Assembly: GCF_054482595.1 (NCBI RefSeq)
Contig: NZ_CM137008.1
Length of the DNA stretch: 64,000 bases
Direction: 5' to 3' (one strand)
The notes below the pieces were generated by a model. It was given only the letters and a program-made list of their open reading frames with translations. It was not told the origin of the DNA and searched no databases. The translations under genes were made by a program, and so were the position numbers. Position 1 is the stretch's first letter; each line of letters starts with the position of its first letter. Positions 1 to 12,455 of the stretch are shown here, piece by piece.

Positions 1-254
1 TTTTTATGCTGTCGTCGGAGCTGCGCGGCGTCCCCTTTATCAATCTGAAGTCCGATCCACAAAAATCCCTGTTAAATCAGCAGATATACCCGAGCATTAA
101 GCCAGGGTATCACATGAATAAAAAGCACTGGATTTCGGTGTATCCCGGCGAGGCAATCTCCGAAGCGTTACTTCGCGATCTGATCAACGATTCGTGGAAT
201 CTGGTGGTTGATGGTCTGGCTAAACGCGATCAAAAAAGAGTGCGTCCAGGCTAA
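1..254 (+). CDS. ybdF: YbdF-like DUF419 protein, C-terminal part; gene begins upstream of the window
   Basis: ORF 6..254 (82 aa) is open to the window edge and sits directly upstream of nfsB as in K-12; identity from synteny and recalled sequence. Confidence 0.6.
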   Translation, partial: FMLSSELRGVPFINLKSDPQKSLLNQQIYPSIKPGYHMNKKHWISVYPGEAISEALLRDLINDSWNLVVDGLAKRDQKRVRPG

Positions 255-347
255 AGCGGAAATCTATAGCGCATTTTTCTCGCTTACCATTTCTCGTTGA
301 ACCTTGTAATCTGCTGGCACGCAAAATTACTTTCACATGGAGTCTTT

Positions 348-1001
348 ATGGATATCATTTCTGTCGCCTTAAAGCGTCATTCCACTAAGGCATTTGATGC
401 CAGTAAAAAACTTACCCCGGAACAGGCCGAGCAGATCAAAACTCTCCTGCAATACAGCCCATCCAGCACCAACTCCCAGCCGTGGCATTTTATTGTTGCC
501 AGCACGGAAGAAGGTAAAGCGCGTGTTGCCAAATCCGCTGCCGGTAATTATGTGTTCAACGAACGTAAAATACTTGATGCCTCGCACGTCGTGGTGTTCT
601 GTGCAAAAACCGCGATGGACGATGCCTGGCTGAAGCTGGTTGTTGACCAGGAAGATGCTGATGGCCGCTTTGCCACGCCGGAAGCGAAAGCCGCGAACGA
701 TAAAGGTCGCAAGTTCTTCGCTGATATGCACCGTAAAGATCTGCATGATGATGCAGAGTGGATGGCAAAACAGGTTTATCTCAACGTCGGTAACTTCCTG
801 CTCGGCGTGGCGGCGCTGGGTCTGGACGCGGTACCCATCGAAGGTTTTGACGCCGCCATCCTCGATGCAGAATTTGGTCTGAAAGAGAAAGGCTACACCA
901 GTCTGGTGGTTGTTCCGGTAGGTCATCACAGCGTTGAAGATTTTAACGCTACGCTGCCGAAATCTCGTCTGCCGCAAAACATAACCTTAACCGAAGTGTA
1001 A
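348..1001 (+). CDS. nfsB: Oxygen-insensitive NAD(P)H nitroreductase NfsB
   Basis: ORF 297..1001; the second Met gives a 217-aa protein [26 protein letters not shown]..., matching recalled NfsB. Confidence 0.92.
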   Translation: MDIISVALKRHSTKAFDASKKLTPEQAEQIKTLLQYSPSSTNSQPWHFIVASTEEGKARVAKSAAGNYVFNERKILDASHVVVFCAKTAMDDAWLKLVVDQEDADGRFATPEAKAANDKGRKFFADMHRKDLHDDAEWMAKQVYLNVGNFLLGVAALGLDAVPIEGFDAAILDAEFGLKEKGYTSLVVVPVGHHSVEDFNATLPKSRLPQNITLTEV

Positions 1002-1010
1002 TTCTCTCTT

Positions 1011-1035
1011 GCCGGGCATCTGCCCGGCTATTTCC
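1011..1035 (+). terminator. Putative intrinsic terminator downstream of nfsB
   Basis: Hairpin gccgggca / tgcccggc followed by a T-rich run (tatttcccc). Confidence 0.45.
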
Positions 1036-1060
1036 CCTCAGATTCTCCTGATTTGCATAA

Positions 1061-2356
<1,296 letters not shown>

Positions 2357-2357
2357 T

Positions 2358-2392
2358 TAAAAAAACCGCTCTCATCGAATGGATGAGAGCGG
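2358..2392 (-). terminator. Intrinsic terminator for pheP (hairpin shared by convergent ybdG and pheP)
   Basis: Hairpin ccgctctcatc...gatgagagcgg; on the minus strand it is followed by a run of 8 T. Confidence 0.65.
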
Positions 2393-2423
2393 ACATCGTT
2401 TTGTCGGATGTAGCGTGAATGCC

Positions 2424-3800
2424 TTATTTCCGACGCAGCGTTTTAAATGCCACAAACAGGAATACAATCCACACCGGCAGCAGGATCGCTGACAAGCGCA
2501 TATCATCCATCGTGCACATCAGCAGCAAAATCATGCCGAGGAAGGCAATGCAAAGATAGTTGCCGAACGGATAGAGCAGCGCCTTAAACTGTGTTTCACG
2601 CCCCTGACGTCGCATCGCTGCACGAAAACGCAGATGCGCCAGACAGATCATAATCCAGTTCAACAGCAGCGTTGCTACCACCAGCGCCATCAGCAGACCA
2701 AACGCTTTTTGCGGCAGCAGATAGTTGATTAATACCACCAGCGAAGTGATCGCTCCGGAAAGCATCAGCGAGTTAATCGGCACACCGCGACGGCTGACGC
2801 GAGTCAAAAACTTCGGCGCATTACCCTGCACAGAAAGGCCAAACAGCATGCGGCTGTTAGAGTAAACCCCGCTGTTATACACTGACAGCGATGCTACCAG
2901 AATGACGAAGTTCAGCGCAGAAGCTACCACGTTGCTGTCGAGATTATGGAAAATCATCACAAACGGGCTACTGTTGGATTTCACTTCCACCCACGGATAG
3001 AGCGCCAGTAAAACCACCAGTGAACCGATGTAAAACAGCAGGATGCGATACACCACCTGATTTACCGCTTTTGGAATGCTTTTTTCCGGATCGCGCGCTT
3101 CAGCGGCAGTAATCCCAATCAGCTCCAGACCGCCGAAGGAGAACATAATTACCGCCAGCGACAAAATCAGCCCATTCCAGCCGGTGGCAAAGAAACCACC
3201 GTAGCGCCAGAGGTTGTCGATACTGGCTTTCTCGCCGCCGTGACCAGAAAACAGCAGCCACAGGCCAAAGCCGATCATACCGATGATCGCCAGCACTTTA
3301 ATCAACGCAAACCAGAACTCGGTTTCGCCATATAAGCGCACGTTCACCAGGTTAACGGCGTTGATGATAATAAAGAAGGCGGCAGCCCAAATCCACGTTG
3401 GAACATCCGGGAACCAGTACTGCATATAGATGCCCGCAGCGGTCAGCTCTGCCATCCCCACCAGCACGAACATCACCCAGTAGTTCCAGCCAGAGAGGAA
3501 GCCCGCGAACGGTCCCCAGTATTTATAGGCAAAGTGGGCAAACGAACCGGATACCGGCTCTTCGACCACCATCTCGCCGAGCTGGCGCATAATCAGGAAA
3601 GCGATGATCCCGGCGACGCCGTAGCCCAGCAATACAGCCGGACCCGCCATCTGAATCGCCGGGCCAATGCCAAGAAACAGACCAGTACCAATTGCGCCAC
3701 CCAGCGCAATCAGTTGAATATGACGGTTATGTAATCCGCGATGAAGCGTCGGCTCTTGATTCGACGCAGTATCTTCCGATACGGTTGACGCGTTTTTCAC
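2424..3800 (-). CDS. pheP: Phenylalanine-specific permease PheP
   Basis: ORF 2424..3836; probable GTG start at 3798-3800 gives 458 aa (.KNASTVSEDTASNQEPTLHRGL...); multi-pass membrane amino-acid permease. Confidence 0.88.
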   Translation of the reverse strand: MKNASTVSEDTASNQEPTLHRGLHNRHIQLIALGGAIGTGLFLGIGPAIQMAGPAVLLGYGVAGIIAFLIMRQLGEMVVEEPVSGSFAHFAYKYWGPFAGFLSGWNYWVMFVLVGMAELTAAGIYMQYWFPDVPTWIWAAAFFIIINAVNLVNVRLYGETEFWFALIKVLAIIGMIGFGLWLLFSGHGGEKASIDNLWRYGGFFATGWNGLILSLAVIMFSFGGLELIGITAAEARDPEKSIPKAVNQVVYRILLFYIGSLVVLLALYPWVEVKSNSSPFVMIFHNLDSNVVASALNFVILVASLSVYNSGVYSNSRMLFGLSVQGNAPKFLTRVSRRGVPINSLMLSGAITSLVVLINYLLPQKAFGLLMALVVATLLLNWIMICLAHLRFRAAMRRQGRETQFKALLYPFGNYLCIAFLGMILLLMCTMDDMRLSAILLPVWIVFLFVAFKTLRRK

Positions 3801-3901
3801 GCCTTTCCCCTGTGTGTCTTTTTTGTTGAGGGGCACCTTTTAACATTTAGTGCCCATCGTCGCAAGACACAATCCACACGGTTAAACGGGGTATCCTGCT
3901 T

Positions 3902-6900
3902 TTATTTCCGTACCCGATGTCGGTGCAGCCACATCAGCTTATACGCCGCCGGGATAATAAACAGCGACAGCAAAGGTGCGGTGATCATGCCGCCAATCAT
4001 CGGTGCGGCGATCCGGCTCATCACCTCTGACCCTGCTCCTGTTCCCCACAGAATCGGCAGCAGACCAGCGATAATCACCGCCACCGTCATCGCTTTCGGG
4101 CGCACGCGCAGTACCGCGCCGTGATACAACGCCTCATCCAGCTTCTGCTCACTGAATGTTTGCGGATTATTCAACGACGGCTCGGCCTCTATGGCGTGAC
4201 GTAAATACATCAGCATCACCACGCCAAATTCGGCGGCGACCCCGGCAAGGGCAATAAAGCCAGTACCCGTCGCCACGGAAAGATGAAAGCCCATCCACCA
4301 CAGCAACCAGATGCCGCCCACCAGCGCAAACGGTACGCTGCTGATAATCAGCAACGCTTCGCCCACCCGACGGAATGCCAGATACAACAGCACGAAGATG
4401 ATCATCAGTGTCATCGGCACCATGAGTTTCAGCTTATGGTTGGCGCGCTCCAGTAGCTCGAACTGCCCGGAGAATGCCACGCTGGTGCCCGGTTTTAACT
4501 GCACTTTTTCAGCTATCGCTTTTTGCAAATCGTGAACCACCGACACCATGTCACGATCGCGGGCATCGATATAAATCCAGCTCGTCGGGCGCGCATTCTC
4601 GGTTTTCAGCATCGACGGTCCGGTAGAGACTTTAACGTCGGCCACGTCTGCCAGGGTGATTTGCTGCTTCATCGGCGTCAGGATCGGCAACTGGCGCAGT
4701 GCCTGCGGACTATCGCGCCAGCTTTGCGGATAACGCAGATTAATGGGATAACGGGCAATCCCTTCCACCGTTTCGCCAACCATCGCCCCGCCCACCGCAG
4801 AAGTCACAAACAACTGCACATCCGCCACCGTCATACCGTAACGCGCGGCTTTTTCACGGTTAATCTCAACGTTGATATAGCGCCCACCTTCCAGACGCTC
4901 GGCAAGCGCAGAAGCCACGCCTGGTACCGTTCGTGCCACCTCTTCAATTTGCTCCGCCATCGCGTCGATATCCGCCAGCACAGTGCCGGAAACTTTAATG
5001 CCGATGGGGCTTTTAATGCCAGTCGAGAGCATATCGATACGGTTACGAATTGGCGGCACCCACAGATTCGCCAGCCCCGGCAGCCGCACGGTGTTATCCA
5101 GTTCCTCAATGATTTTGTCCATCGTCATGCCAGGCCGCCACTGATCCTGCGGCTTAAGCTGGATGGTCGTTTCTACCATCTCCAGCGGAGCAGAATCGGT
5201 GGCGGTTTCCGCTTTCCCGGTTTTGCCAAATACCCGCGCCACTTCAGGTACGCTCATAATTAGCTTGTCGGTTTTTTGCAGCATACTCGCCGCCTCTGCT
5301 GCGGAAATCCCCGGCAGCGTCGATGGCATATACAACAGGTCGCCTTCATTGATCTGCGGTAAAAATTCCCCGCCAACTTTATTGAGCGGCCAGAGAACCG
5401 TCAGCACCGAAAGCGCTGCCACCAACAGCGTGGTTTTCGGCCAGTGCAGTACTTTCAGCAACAGCGGATGATAAACACGAATCAAAAAGCGATTGAGCGG
5501 GTTACTGCTTTCCGGCGGAATTTTGCCACGGATCCAGTAACCCATCAGGATAGGGATCACTACGATCGCCAGCAGCGCCGCACCCGCCATCGCATAGGTT
5601 TTAGTGAACGCCAGCGGGCCAAACAGACGCCCTTCCTGCCCTTCCAGGGTGAAGATCGGGATAAACGACAACGTGATAATCAGCAGACTGATAAACAGCG
5701 CCGGCCCCACTTCAACAGACGCATCGGTGATCACCTGCCAGCGCGTTTTATTATCCAGCGTGGCGTCAGGATGCTGGTGCTGCCACTCTTCCAGCCGTTT
5801 ATGTGCATTTTCGATCATGACGATAGCGGCATCGACCATCGCCCCGACGGCAATCGCAATGCCGCCCAACGACATAATATTGGCATTCAGTCCCTGGAAG
5901 TGCATGACAATAAAAGCAATACACAACCCCAGCGGCAACGAAATAATCGCCACCAGCGCCGAGCGCACATGCCAGAGAAACAGCGCACAGACTACCGCCA
6001 CCACAATAAACTCTTCCAGCAACTTGCCGCTGAGGTTGTCGATGGCGCGGTCAATGAGCTGGCTGCGATCGTATGTTGTAACTATCTCCACGCCTTCCGG
6101 CAGACTACTTTTCAGCGTTTCCAGTTTGTCCTTCACGGCGGCGATCACTTCTCGGGCGTTTTTGCCGGATCGCAGGATCACCACCCCGCCCGCCACTTCA
6201 CCTTCGCCATTCAGTTCGGCAATGCCCCGGCGCATCTCCGGGCCAATCTGGACCTTCGCAACATCACGCAGATAAACGGGCACGCCATTTTCACTGGCTT
6301 TTAAAACGATGTGATTAAAGTCGTCGAGCGTTTGCAGATAGCCGCTGGCGCGCACCATATATTCCGCTTCCGCCAGTTCGATCGACGAACCGCCCGCTTC
6401 CTGGTTTGAAGCATCCAGCGCGCTTTTTACTTCGGCTAGACTGATGCCATATTGCGCCAGGCGCTGGGGATCGATAACCACCTGATACTCTTTCACCACG
6501 CCGCCCACCGACGCCACTTCCGCAACGTCAGGGATGGTTTTTAGCTCATATTTGAGAAACCAGTCCTGCAATGAGCGTAAATCGGCCAGATCGTGCTTAC
6601 CGCTGCGATCCACCAGTGCATATTCATAGATCCAGCCAACACCCGTGGCATCTGGTCCCAGCTCGGCGCTGACTCCCGCAGGCAGCTTACCCTGTACCTG
6701 GTTGAGGTACTCCAGCACCCGCGAACGCGCCCAGTACGGATCGGTACCATCTTCGAAAATGACATACACATAAGAGTCTCCAAACTGCGAGAAACCGCGC
6801 ACAGTCTTCGCGCCAGGCACCGACAACATGGTGGTGGTTAGCGGATAAGTCACCTGATTTTCAACGATTTGCGGTGCCTGACCGGGATAGCTGGTTTTAA

Positions 6901-7045
6901 TAATCACCTGCACATCGGAGAGATCCGGCAGCGCATCCACTGGCGTGTTAATGATGGTCCAGGTGCCCCAGATGCTCAGAAACAACGCGCCCATCAGCAC
7001 CAAAAAACGGTTCGCCACCGAGCGACGAATAATCCATTCAATCAT
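3902..7045 (-). CDS. cusA: Cu(I)/Ag(I) RND efflux pump CusA
   Basis: 1047-aa ORF with an RND transporter profile; sits at the end of the cusCFBA order. Confidence 0.93.
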   Translation of the reverse strand: MIEWIIRRSVANRFLVLMGALFLSIWGTWTIINTPVDALPDLSDVQVIIKTSYPGQAPQIVENQVTYPLTTTMLSVPGAKTVRGFSQFGDSYVYVIFEDGTDPYWARSRVLEYLNQVQGKLPAGVSAELGPDATGVGWIYEYALVDRSGKHDLADLRSLQDWFLKYELKTIPDVAEVASVGGVVKEYQVVIDPQRLAQYGISLAEVKSALDASNQEAGGSSIELAEAEYMVRASGYLQTLDDFNHIVLKASENGVPVYLRDVAKVQIGPEMRRGIAELNGEGEVAGGVVILRSGKNAREVIAAVKDKLETLKSSLPEGVEIVTTYDRSQLIDRAIDNLSGKLLEEFIVVAVVCALFLWHVRSALVAIISLPLGLCIAFIVMHFQGLNANIMSLGGIAIAVGAMVDAAIVMIENAHKRLEEWQHQHPDATLDNKTRWQVITDASVEVGPALFISLLIITLSFIPIFTLEGQEGRLFGPLAFTKTYAMAGAALLAIVVIPILMGYWIRGKIPPESSNPLNRFLIRVYHPLLLKVLHWPKTTLLVAALSVLTVLWPLNKVGGEFLPQINEGDLLYMPSTLPGISAAEAASMLQKTDKLIMSVPEVARVFGKTGKAETATDSAPLEMVETTIQLKPQDQWRPGMTMDKIIEELDNTVRLPGLANLWVPPIRNRIDMLSTGIKSPIGIKVSGTVLADIDAMAEQIEEVARTVPGVASALAERLEGGRYINVEINREKAARYGMTVADVQLFVTSAVGGAMVGETVEGIARYPINLRYPQSWRDSPQALRQLPILTPMKQQITLADVADVKVSTGPSMLKTENARPTSWIYIDARDRDMVSVVHDLQKAIAEKVQLKPGTSVAFSGQFELLERANHKLKLMVPMTLMIIFVLLYLAFRRVGEALLIISSVPFALVGGIWLLWWMGFHLSVATGTGFIALAGVAAEFGVVMLMYLRHAIEAEPSLNNPQTFSEQKLDEALYHGAVLRVRPKAMTVAVIIAGLLPILWGTGAGSEVMSRIAAPMIGGMITAPLLSLFIIPAAYKLMWLHRHRVRK

Positions 7046-7056
7046 TGGTTATTCCC

Positions 7057-8280
7057 TCAATGCGCATTGGTAGCACTTTCAGAGCGCATCCGCTCCAGTG
7101 CGCCAGAAATATTGGCTTCGGAATCAATCAGGAACAGGCCGCTGGAAACCACCTTTTCACCTTCCGCCAGACCAGAGTGTAACGCGGTGACGCCTTGCGA
7201 TGCCTGGAAAACGGCAACGCGTTTCGGTACAAAGCGTCCGTCGGCATCAACGGTAATCACCCGCTGTTCGTTGCCGGTATCAATCAGCGCCTGTGACGGA
7301 ATGAGCAGCATCGGTTCGCTGGCGGTATTGAGTTGCAACCAGGCGTTCATGCCCGGTTTTAGCGCCTCGTCGGCGTTGTCGACTTCCAGACGCAGCTGCA
7401 GCGTGCGGGTCGCGGCATCCACGCCAGGTAGCAGCGTCCATTTGCGGATGGTGAGTGTTTTATCCGGTCGCGCCGGAACGGTGAGGGTAAACTGCGAGGC
7501 ATCTTTCACCAGCCAGGCGATGGACTCCGGGATCGCAGCAGTGACCCACACCGGGTCCATACCCTGAATTTTCGCGACCACGTTATCTTTGGCGATATTC
7601 ATTCCCGCGCGCAGATCAAACGCGGTGATCACGCCATCAATGGGCGCTTTGAGCGTAAAGCGAGTCTGGATTTTTTGCGTGGCGATCAGGCGGCGAATAT
7701 CCGCCTCCGGCATTCCCGCCAGTCGCAGCCGCTCAAGAATGCCTTCAGTCTGGGTCGCCGTACCGCCGGTTTCGCGCAGCAGTAAATACTCAGTCTGCGC
7801 TTCCACCCAGTCAGGAATGGTCAGGTCGAGAAGCGGTGTGCCCTTTTGTACTTTATCGCCCACGGTAAGCGGATACACCTTGTCGATAAACCCGGCAGCG
7901 CGAGCCTGCACAATGGCATACTGATACTCGTTGTAACTGACATTCGCCGGGAAACTCTGGGCAAAAGTCAGCGGTCCGCGCGTGACGGTAGCCGTTTTCA
8001 CCCCCAGATTCTGCGTCTGAGTCGGGTCAATGCGCACACCAGACGCAGAACTCTCTTCATCGGCATATTTCGGCACCAGATCCATATCCATAAACGGCGA
8101 TTTACCTGGTTTATCGAACCGCATATTGGGATACATCGGGTCGTACCAGAATAAGATTTTACGTTCTGCGGTCGACGTTTTTTCTGCAGGCGGTTCCGCC
8201 TTTGCAACCCAGGTAAAACCTGCCGCAGAAATAATACCGCCCGCGATCATGCTGCCGATAATAAGCGCGATTTTTTTCAT
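7057..8280 (-). CDS. cusB: Periplasmic adaptor (membrane fusion protein) CusB
   Basis: 407-aa ORF between cusF and cusA. Confidence 0.9.
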   Translation of the reverse strand: MKKIALIIGSMIAGGIISAAGFTWVAKAEPPAEKTSTAERKILFWYDPMYPNMRFDKPGKSPFMDMDLVPKYADEESSASGVRIDPTQTQNLGVKTATVTRGPLTFAQSFPANVSYNEYQYAIVQARAAGFIDKVYPLTVGDKVQKGTPLLDLTIPDWVEAQTEYLLLRETGGTATQTEGILERLRLAGMPEADIRRLIATQKIQTRFTLKAPIDGVITAFDLRAGMNIAKDNVVAKIQGMDPVWVTAAIPESIAWLVKDASQFTLTVPARPDKTLTIRKWTLLPGVDAATRTLQLRLEVDNADEALKPGMNAWLQLNTASEPMLLIPSQALIDTGNEQRVITVDADGRFVPKRVAVFQASQGVTALHSGLAEGEKVVSSGLFLIDSEANISGALERMRSESATNAH

Positions 8281-8295
8281 CTCATTAAACCTGGG

Positions 8296-8628
8296 TTACT
8301 GGCTGACTTTAATATCCTGTAATAAAGAAAGGTTGCCCTGCTGGACAAAATTAAACGCCACTTTGTCGCCGGTTTTAATTTCACTCATTTTCGTCTGCGG
8401 GGTGATGGTAAAGCGCATGGTCATCTCCGGCCAGTTCACAGCAGCAATCGGATCGTGATGGATGGTGATTTTTTTGCTTTCCAGATCAATACCCTTTACC
8501 TCGCCAGTGGCACTAATAACCTGTGGTTGTGCTTCGCTCATGGTTTCATGATGATGTTCGTTAGCCTGGGCATTAAAGCCAATAACGGTAAACAGACTGA
8601 ACATTGCGACTTGCAGTGCTTTTTTCAT
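8296..8628 (-). CDS. cusF: Periplasmic copper/silver chaperone CusF
   Basis: 110-aa ORF with a signal peptide and a His/Met-rich segment (NEHHHETMSEAQPQV). Confidence 0.9.
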   Translation of the reverse strand: MKKALQVAMFSLFTVIGFNAQANEHHHETMSEAQPQVISATGEVKGIDLESKKITIHHDPIAAVNWPEMTMRFTITPQTKMSEIKTGDKVAFNFVQQGNLSLLQDIKVSQ

Positions 8629-8651
8629 TTATTCTCTCCTGGAGTTAAAAG

Positions 8652-10034
8652 TTATTGCTGCCAACCGCCACCAAGTGCGGTATATAAAGAAATTTCGTTA
8701 ACCTGACGGGCATAATTCAGGTCAAGTAAAGTTTGTCGGGTTGCAAATAACGAACGTTCGGCATCCAGCACTTCCAGATAACTTACTGCGCCGTGCTGAT
8801 ATAATGCCCGCGCCCGTTGCAAAGTAATTTGCAGCGATGCCAGATAACGCTGCTGGGCGCTAATTTGATCGTTCAGGCTTTGACGTAATGCCAGCGCATC
8901 TGCCACTTCTTTAAAGGCGTTCTGGATTTTCTGTTCATAATTCACTACCGACTGCTGCTGGCGAATTTCGGCGATATCCAGATTGGCCTGGTTGCGTCCG
9001 GCATTAAAAATGGGGATCTCAATTTTAGGAATAAAATTCCACATCCCGCTGCTGGCGTTAAATAATGACGACAGATCGCTGCTGGCGGTTGATATTCCGC
9101 TGGTCAGGCTTATAGATGGGAAAAATGCCGCGCGTGCGGCCCCAATATTGGCATTAGCCGCCATTAACGCGTGTTCAGCTTCCATAATATCCGGGCGCTG
9201 CAATAAGATTTGCGACGACAAGCCCGCCGGTAATTTAACGCTTTGCAGGCTGTCGCTGTTTACTGTCTGCGCTTGCGGCAGCTTGCCGTAGCTTCCCAGC
9301 AACAGTTGCAATGCATTATTCGCCTGCGCCAGTTCCCCCTGACGTTTAGCGATGTCGCTGCGGGTACTTTCTATCACCCCGCGAGCCTGTTCCAGCGCCA
9401 GAACATTACTGCTACCTGTCAACAGTTGTTTTTCGACAAACGCATATGACTGCTGATAATTACGCAGCGTTTCTTCAGCTATTTGCAATTGCGCATACGC
9501 CAGTTGCTGATTGAAATAGCTTTGCGCGACATTAGAAACCAGCAGAATATGCACCGCGCGCTGAGCTTCCTCAGTGGCTAAATAATTTTGGCGCTCGGCT
9601 TCGCTCATGTTCTTTAAGCGACCGAAAAAATCGAGGTCAAAGCTGGCGTTAAGGCCGGTCGAAAACTCCCGTGTCGTGGCGGTATTCCCTTTAAGATTAC
9701 CGCTCCAGCTGCCGCTGCCCTCGCCATTGAGCTGTGGGTAGCGGTCGGAATCGGTCAGACGATATTGCGCCCGTGCCTCCTGCACTTTCAGCGTCGCCAT
9801 GCGCAAATCCCGGTTATTCACCAGCGCCTCGCTAATCAGCGTCTTCACCTGATTATCAACAAAAAAGGTGCGCCAGCCCGCGTTCTGATAGTTATCTGCT
9901 GCGTTAACGAGGCCGTTCTGGCTGAGTGAGAACTGCTGCGGTACGGGCATTGCCGGGCGCTGATAATCCGGTGCCAGTGAACAACCGGTTAGCGCAAGGG
10001 CCACACAAAATGGCAGAAGTTTACAAGGAGACAT
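8652..10034 (-). CDS. cusC: Outer-membrane efflux channel CusC (lipoprotein)
   Basis: 460-aa ORF with a lipobox (LALTGCSL); first gene of the cusCFBA operon. Confidence 0.9.
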   Translation of the reverse strand: MSPCKLLPFCVALALTGCSLAPDYQRPAMPVPQQFSLSQNGLVNAADNYQNAGWRTFFVDNQVKTLISEALVNNRDLRMATLKVQEARAQYRLTDSDRYPQLNGEGSGSWSGNLKGNTATTREFSTGLNASFDLDFFGRLKNMSEAERQNYLATEEAQRAVHILLVSNVAQSYFNQQLAYAQLQIAEETLRNYQQSYAFVEKQLLTGSSNVLALEQARGVIESTRSDIAKRQGELAQANNALQLLLGSYGKLPQAQTVNSDSLQSVKLPAGLSSQILLQRPDIMEAEHALMAANANIGAARAAFFPSISLTSGISTASSDLSSLFNASSGMWNFIPKIEIPIFNAGRNQANLDIAEIRQQQSVVNYEQKIQNAFKEVADALALRQSLNDQISAQQRYLASLQITLQRARALYQHGAVSYLEVLDAERSLFATRQTLLDLNYARQVNEISLYTALGGGWQQ

Positions 10035-10103
10035 AGGCTCATAATTTCTGGTGATTTTATACCGCCAACTTTACTCGCCAGGCTCTGATATTCCGGTGAC
10101 AGG

Positions 10104-10125
10104 AAAATGACAAAATTGTCATTTT
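10104..10125. promoter_or_regulatory. CusR box in the cusC-cusR divergent promoter region
   Basis: Near-perfect palindrome aaaatgacaaaattgtcatttt in the 156-bp cusC/cusR intergenic region; matches the recalled CusR recognition site. Confidence 0.75.
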
Positions 10126-10190
10126 GCCAATAAGCGATTGCCATCTGATCCCGCTACTCTAGAATTGCCCGGGCAACATGCGGAGGAAAT

Positions 10191-10874
10191 ATGAAACTGT
10201 TGATTGTCGAAGATGAAAAGAAAACCGGAGAATACTTGACCAAAGGGTTAACCGAAGCCGGTTTTGTGGTCGATTTGGCCGACAACGGGCTGAATGGCTA
10301 CCATCTGGCGATGACCGGTGATTATGATCTGATAATCCTCGATATTATGCTGCCGGACGTGAACGGCTGGGATATCGTGCGCATGTTACGCTCCGCCAAT
10401 AAAGGGATGCCGATTCTGTTGCTTACCGCGCTTGGCACCATTGAACATCGCGTCAAGGGGCTGGAGTTGGGGGCAGATGACTACCTGATGAAACCATTCG
10501 CTTTTGCTGAACTGCTGGCGCGGGTGCGCACTCTCCTGCGGCGCGGGGCGGCGGTGATTATCGAAAGTCAGTTTCAGGTTGCCGATCTGATGGTCGATCT
10601 CGTCAGCCGCAAAGTCACCCGCAGCGGCACGCGCATCACTTTGACCAGTAAAGAGTTTACTCTACTGGAGTTTTTTCTCCGCCATCAGGGTGAAGTGCTG
10701 CCCCGCTCGCTTATCGCCTCGCAGGTATGGGACATGAATTTCGACAGCGATACCAACGCTATTGATGTGGCGGTGAAGCGGCTACGCGGCAAAATCGACA
10801 ACGACTTTGAGCCAAAGCTGATTCAAACCGTGCGCGGCGTGGGTTACATGCTTGAGGTGCCGGATGGTCAGTAA
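10191..10874 (+). CDS. cusR: Copper-responsive response regulator CusR (OmpR family)
   Basis: 227-aa ORF with a receiver domain (MKLLIVEDE...LDIMLPD) and winged-helix output domain. Confidence 0.92.
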   Translation: MKLLIVEDEKKTGEYLTKGLTEAGFVVDLADNGLNGYHLAMTGDYDLIILDIMLPDVNGWDIVRMLRSANKGMPILLLTALGTIEHRVKGLELGADDYLMKPFAFAELLARVRTLLRRGAAVIIESQFQVADLMVDLVSRKVTRSGTRITLTSKEFTLLEFFLRHQGEVLPRSLIASQVWDMNFDSDTNAIDVAVKRLRGKIDNDFEPKLIQTVRGVGYMLEVPDGQ

Positions 10875-12306
10875 GCCATTTCAGCGCCCGTTTTCGCTGG
10901 CAACCCGCCTGACCTTTTTTATCAGCCTGGCCACCATCGCGGCGTTTTTCGCCTTTGCATGGATCATGATCCACTCAGTAAAAGTGCATTTTGCCGAGCA
11001 GGATATTAATGATTTAAAAGAAATTAGCGCCACCCTTGAACGGGTACTTAATCATCCTGACGAGACGCAAGCCCGACGCTTAATGACGCTGGAAGATATC
11101 GTCAGTGGTTATTCCAATGTGTTGATTTCCCTGGCAGATAGCCACGGCAAAACGGTGTATCACTCCCCCGGTGCGCCCGATATCCGCGAGTTTACGCGTG
11201 ACGCCATACCCGATAAAGACGCGCGGGGCGGCGAGGTGTATCTCCTTTCCGGCCCGACGATTATGATGCCAGGGCACGGTCACGGGCATATGGAACACAG
11301 CAACTGGCGGATGATTAACTTACCGGTTGGCCCGCTGGTTGACGGCAAACCGATTTATACGCTCTACATCGCGCTTTCGATCGATTTTCATCTTCATTAC
11401 ATAAATGATTTGATGAATAAACTTATTATGACCGCATCGGTAATCAGCATCCTGATTGTCTTTATCGTGCTGTTGGCGGTACATAAAGGTCACGCGCCGA
11501 TCCGCAGCGTCAGCCGTCAAATCCAGAATATCACCTCGAAAGATCTCGACGTTCGCCTTGACCCGCAGACCGTGCCGATTGAGCTGGAGCAGCTGGTACT
11601 GTCGTTCAACCATATGATCGAGCGTATTGAGGATGTCTTTACCCGCCAGTCCAATTTCTCAGCGGATATCGCTCACGAAATTCGCACGCCGATTACCAAT
11701 CTCATCACGCAAACGGAAATCGCCCTCAGCCAGTCTCGCAGCCAGAAGGAGCTGGAAGATGTGCTCTACTCTAATCTCGAAGAGCTGACGCGAATGGCGA
11801 AAATGGTCAGCGATATGCTGTTTCTCGCCCAGGCCGATAACAACCAGTTAATCCCCGAAAAGAAAATGCTCAACCTGGCGGATGAAGTCGGCAAAGTGTT
11901 CGATTTTTTCGAGGCGTTAGCGGAAGATCGCTGCGTGGAGTTGCGATTTGTTGGCGACGAATGTCAGGTTGCGGGCGATCCGCTGATGCTGCGTCGGGCG
12001 TTAAGCAACCTGCTTTCTAATGCCCTACGTTATACGCCACCCAGTGAGGCTATTGTAGTGCGCTGCCAGACGGTCGAGCATCAGGTGCAAGTTATCGTCG
12101 AAAACCCCGGTACTCCCATTGCGCCCGAGCACTTACCGCGTTTGTTTGACCGTTTCTACCGCGTTGATCCTTCCCGCCAACGAAAAGGCGAAGGTAGCGG
12201 CATTGGGCTGGCGATAGTGAAATCGATTGTTGTCGCGCATAAAGGCACGGTTGCGGTTACGTCAAATGCGCGGAGGACAAGGTTTGTTATCACATTACCC
12301 GCTTAA
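10864..12306 (+). CDS. cusS: Copper/silver sensor histidine kinase CusS
   Basis: ORF 10852..12306; start at Met5 gives 480 aa; H-box ([13 protein letters not shown]) and ATPase motifs; start overlaps the cusR stop. Confidence 0.9.
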   Translation: MVSKPFQRPFSLATRLTFFISLATIAAFFAFAWIMIHSVKVHFAEQDINDLKEISATLERVLNHPDETQARRLMTLEDIVSGYSNVLISLADSHGKTVYHSPGAPDIREFTRDAIPDKDARGGEVYLLSGPTIMMPGHGHGHMEHSNWRMINLPVGPLVDGKPIYTLYIALSIDFHLHYINDLMNKLIMTASVISILIVFIVLLAVHKGHAPIRSVSRQIQNITSKDLDVRLDPQTVPIELEQLVLSFNHMIERIEDVFTRQSNFSADIAHEIRTPITNLITQTEIALSQSRSQKELEDVLYSNLEELTRMAKMVSDMLFLAQADNNQLIPEKKMLNLADEVGKVFDFFEALAEDRCVELRFVGDECQVAGDPLMLRRALSNLLSNALRYTPPSEAIVVRCQTVEHQVQVIVENPGTPIAPEHLPRLFDRFYRVDPSRQRKGEGSGIGLAIVKSIVVAHKGTVAVTSNARRTRFVITLPA

Positions 12307-12455
12307 TTATTCAGCAAACGGCAACTTTTATAACCAGTGTAAAAATAACGTGCCGCAATAGTCATACCTATTAATGGTAAAAAGCTGTCACAATTCATAA
12401 AAAACCTTAATATACGCCACCCTAAACATAACCAGCGTTAATGTAAGGTTTTTGT

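Noticed and set aside
369-977. 202-aa minus-strand ORF overlapping nfsB
   Set aside because: Completely contained within, and antisense to, nfsB; no independent start context.
4523-6304. Long ORFs on the + strand (246, 286 and 223 aa) inside cusA
   Set aside because: They are antisense to a well-supported 1047-aa gene; their His/Arg/Gln-rich low-complexity translations are typical of spurious reverse-frame ORFs in GC-rich coding sequence.
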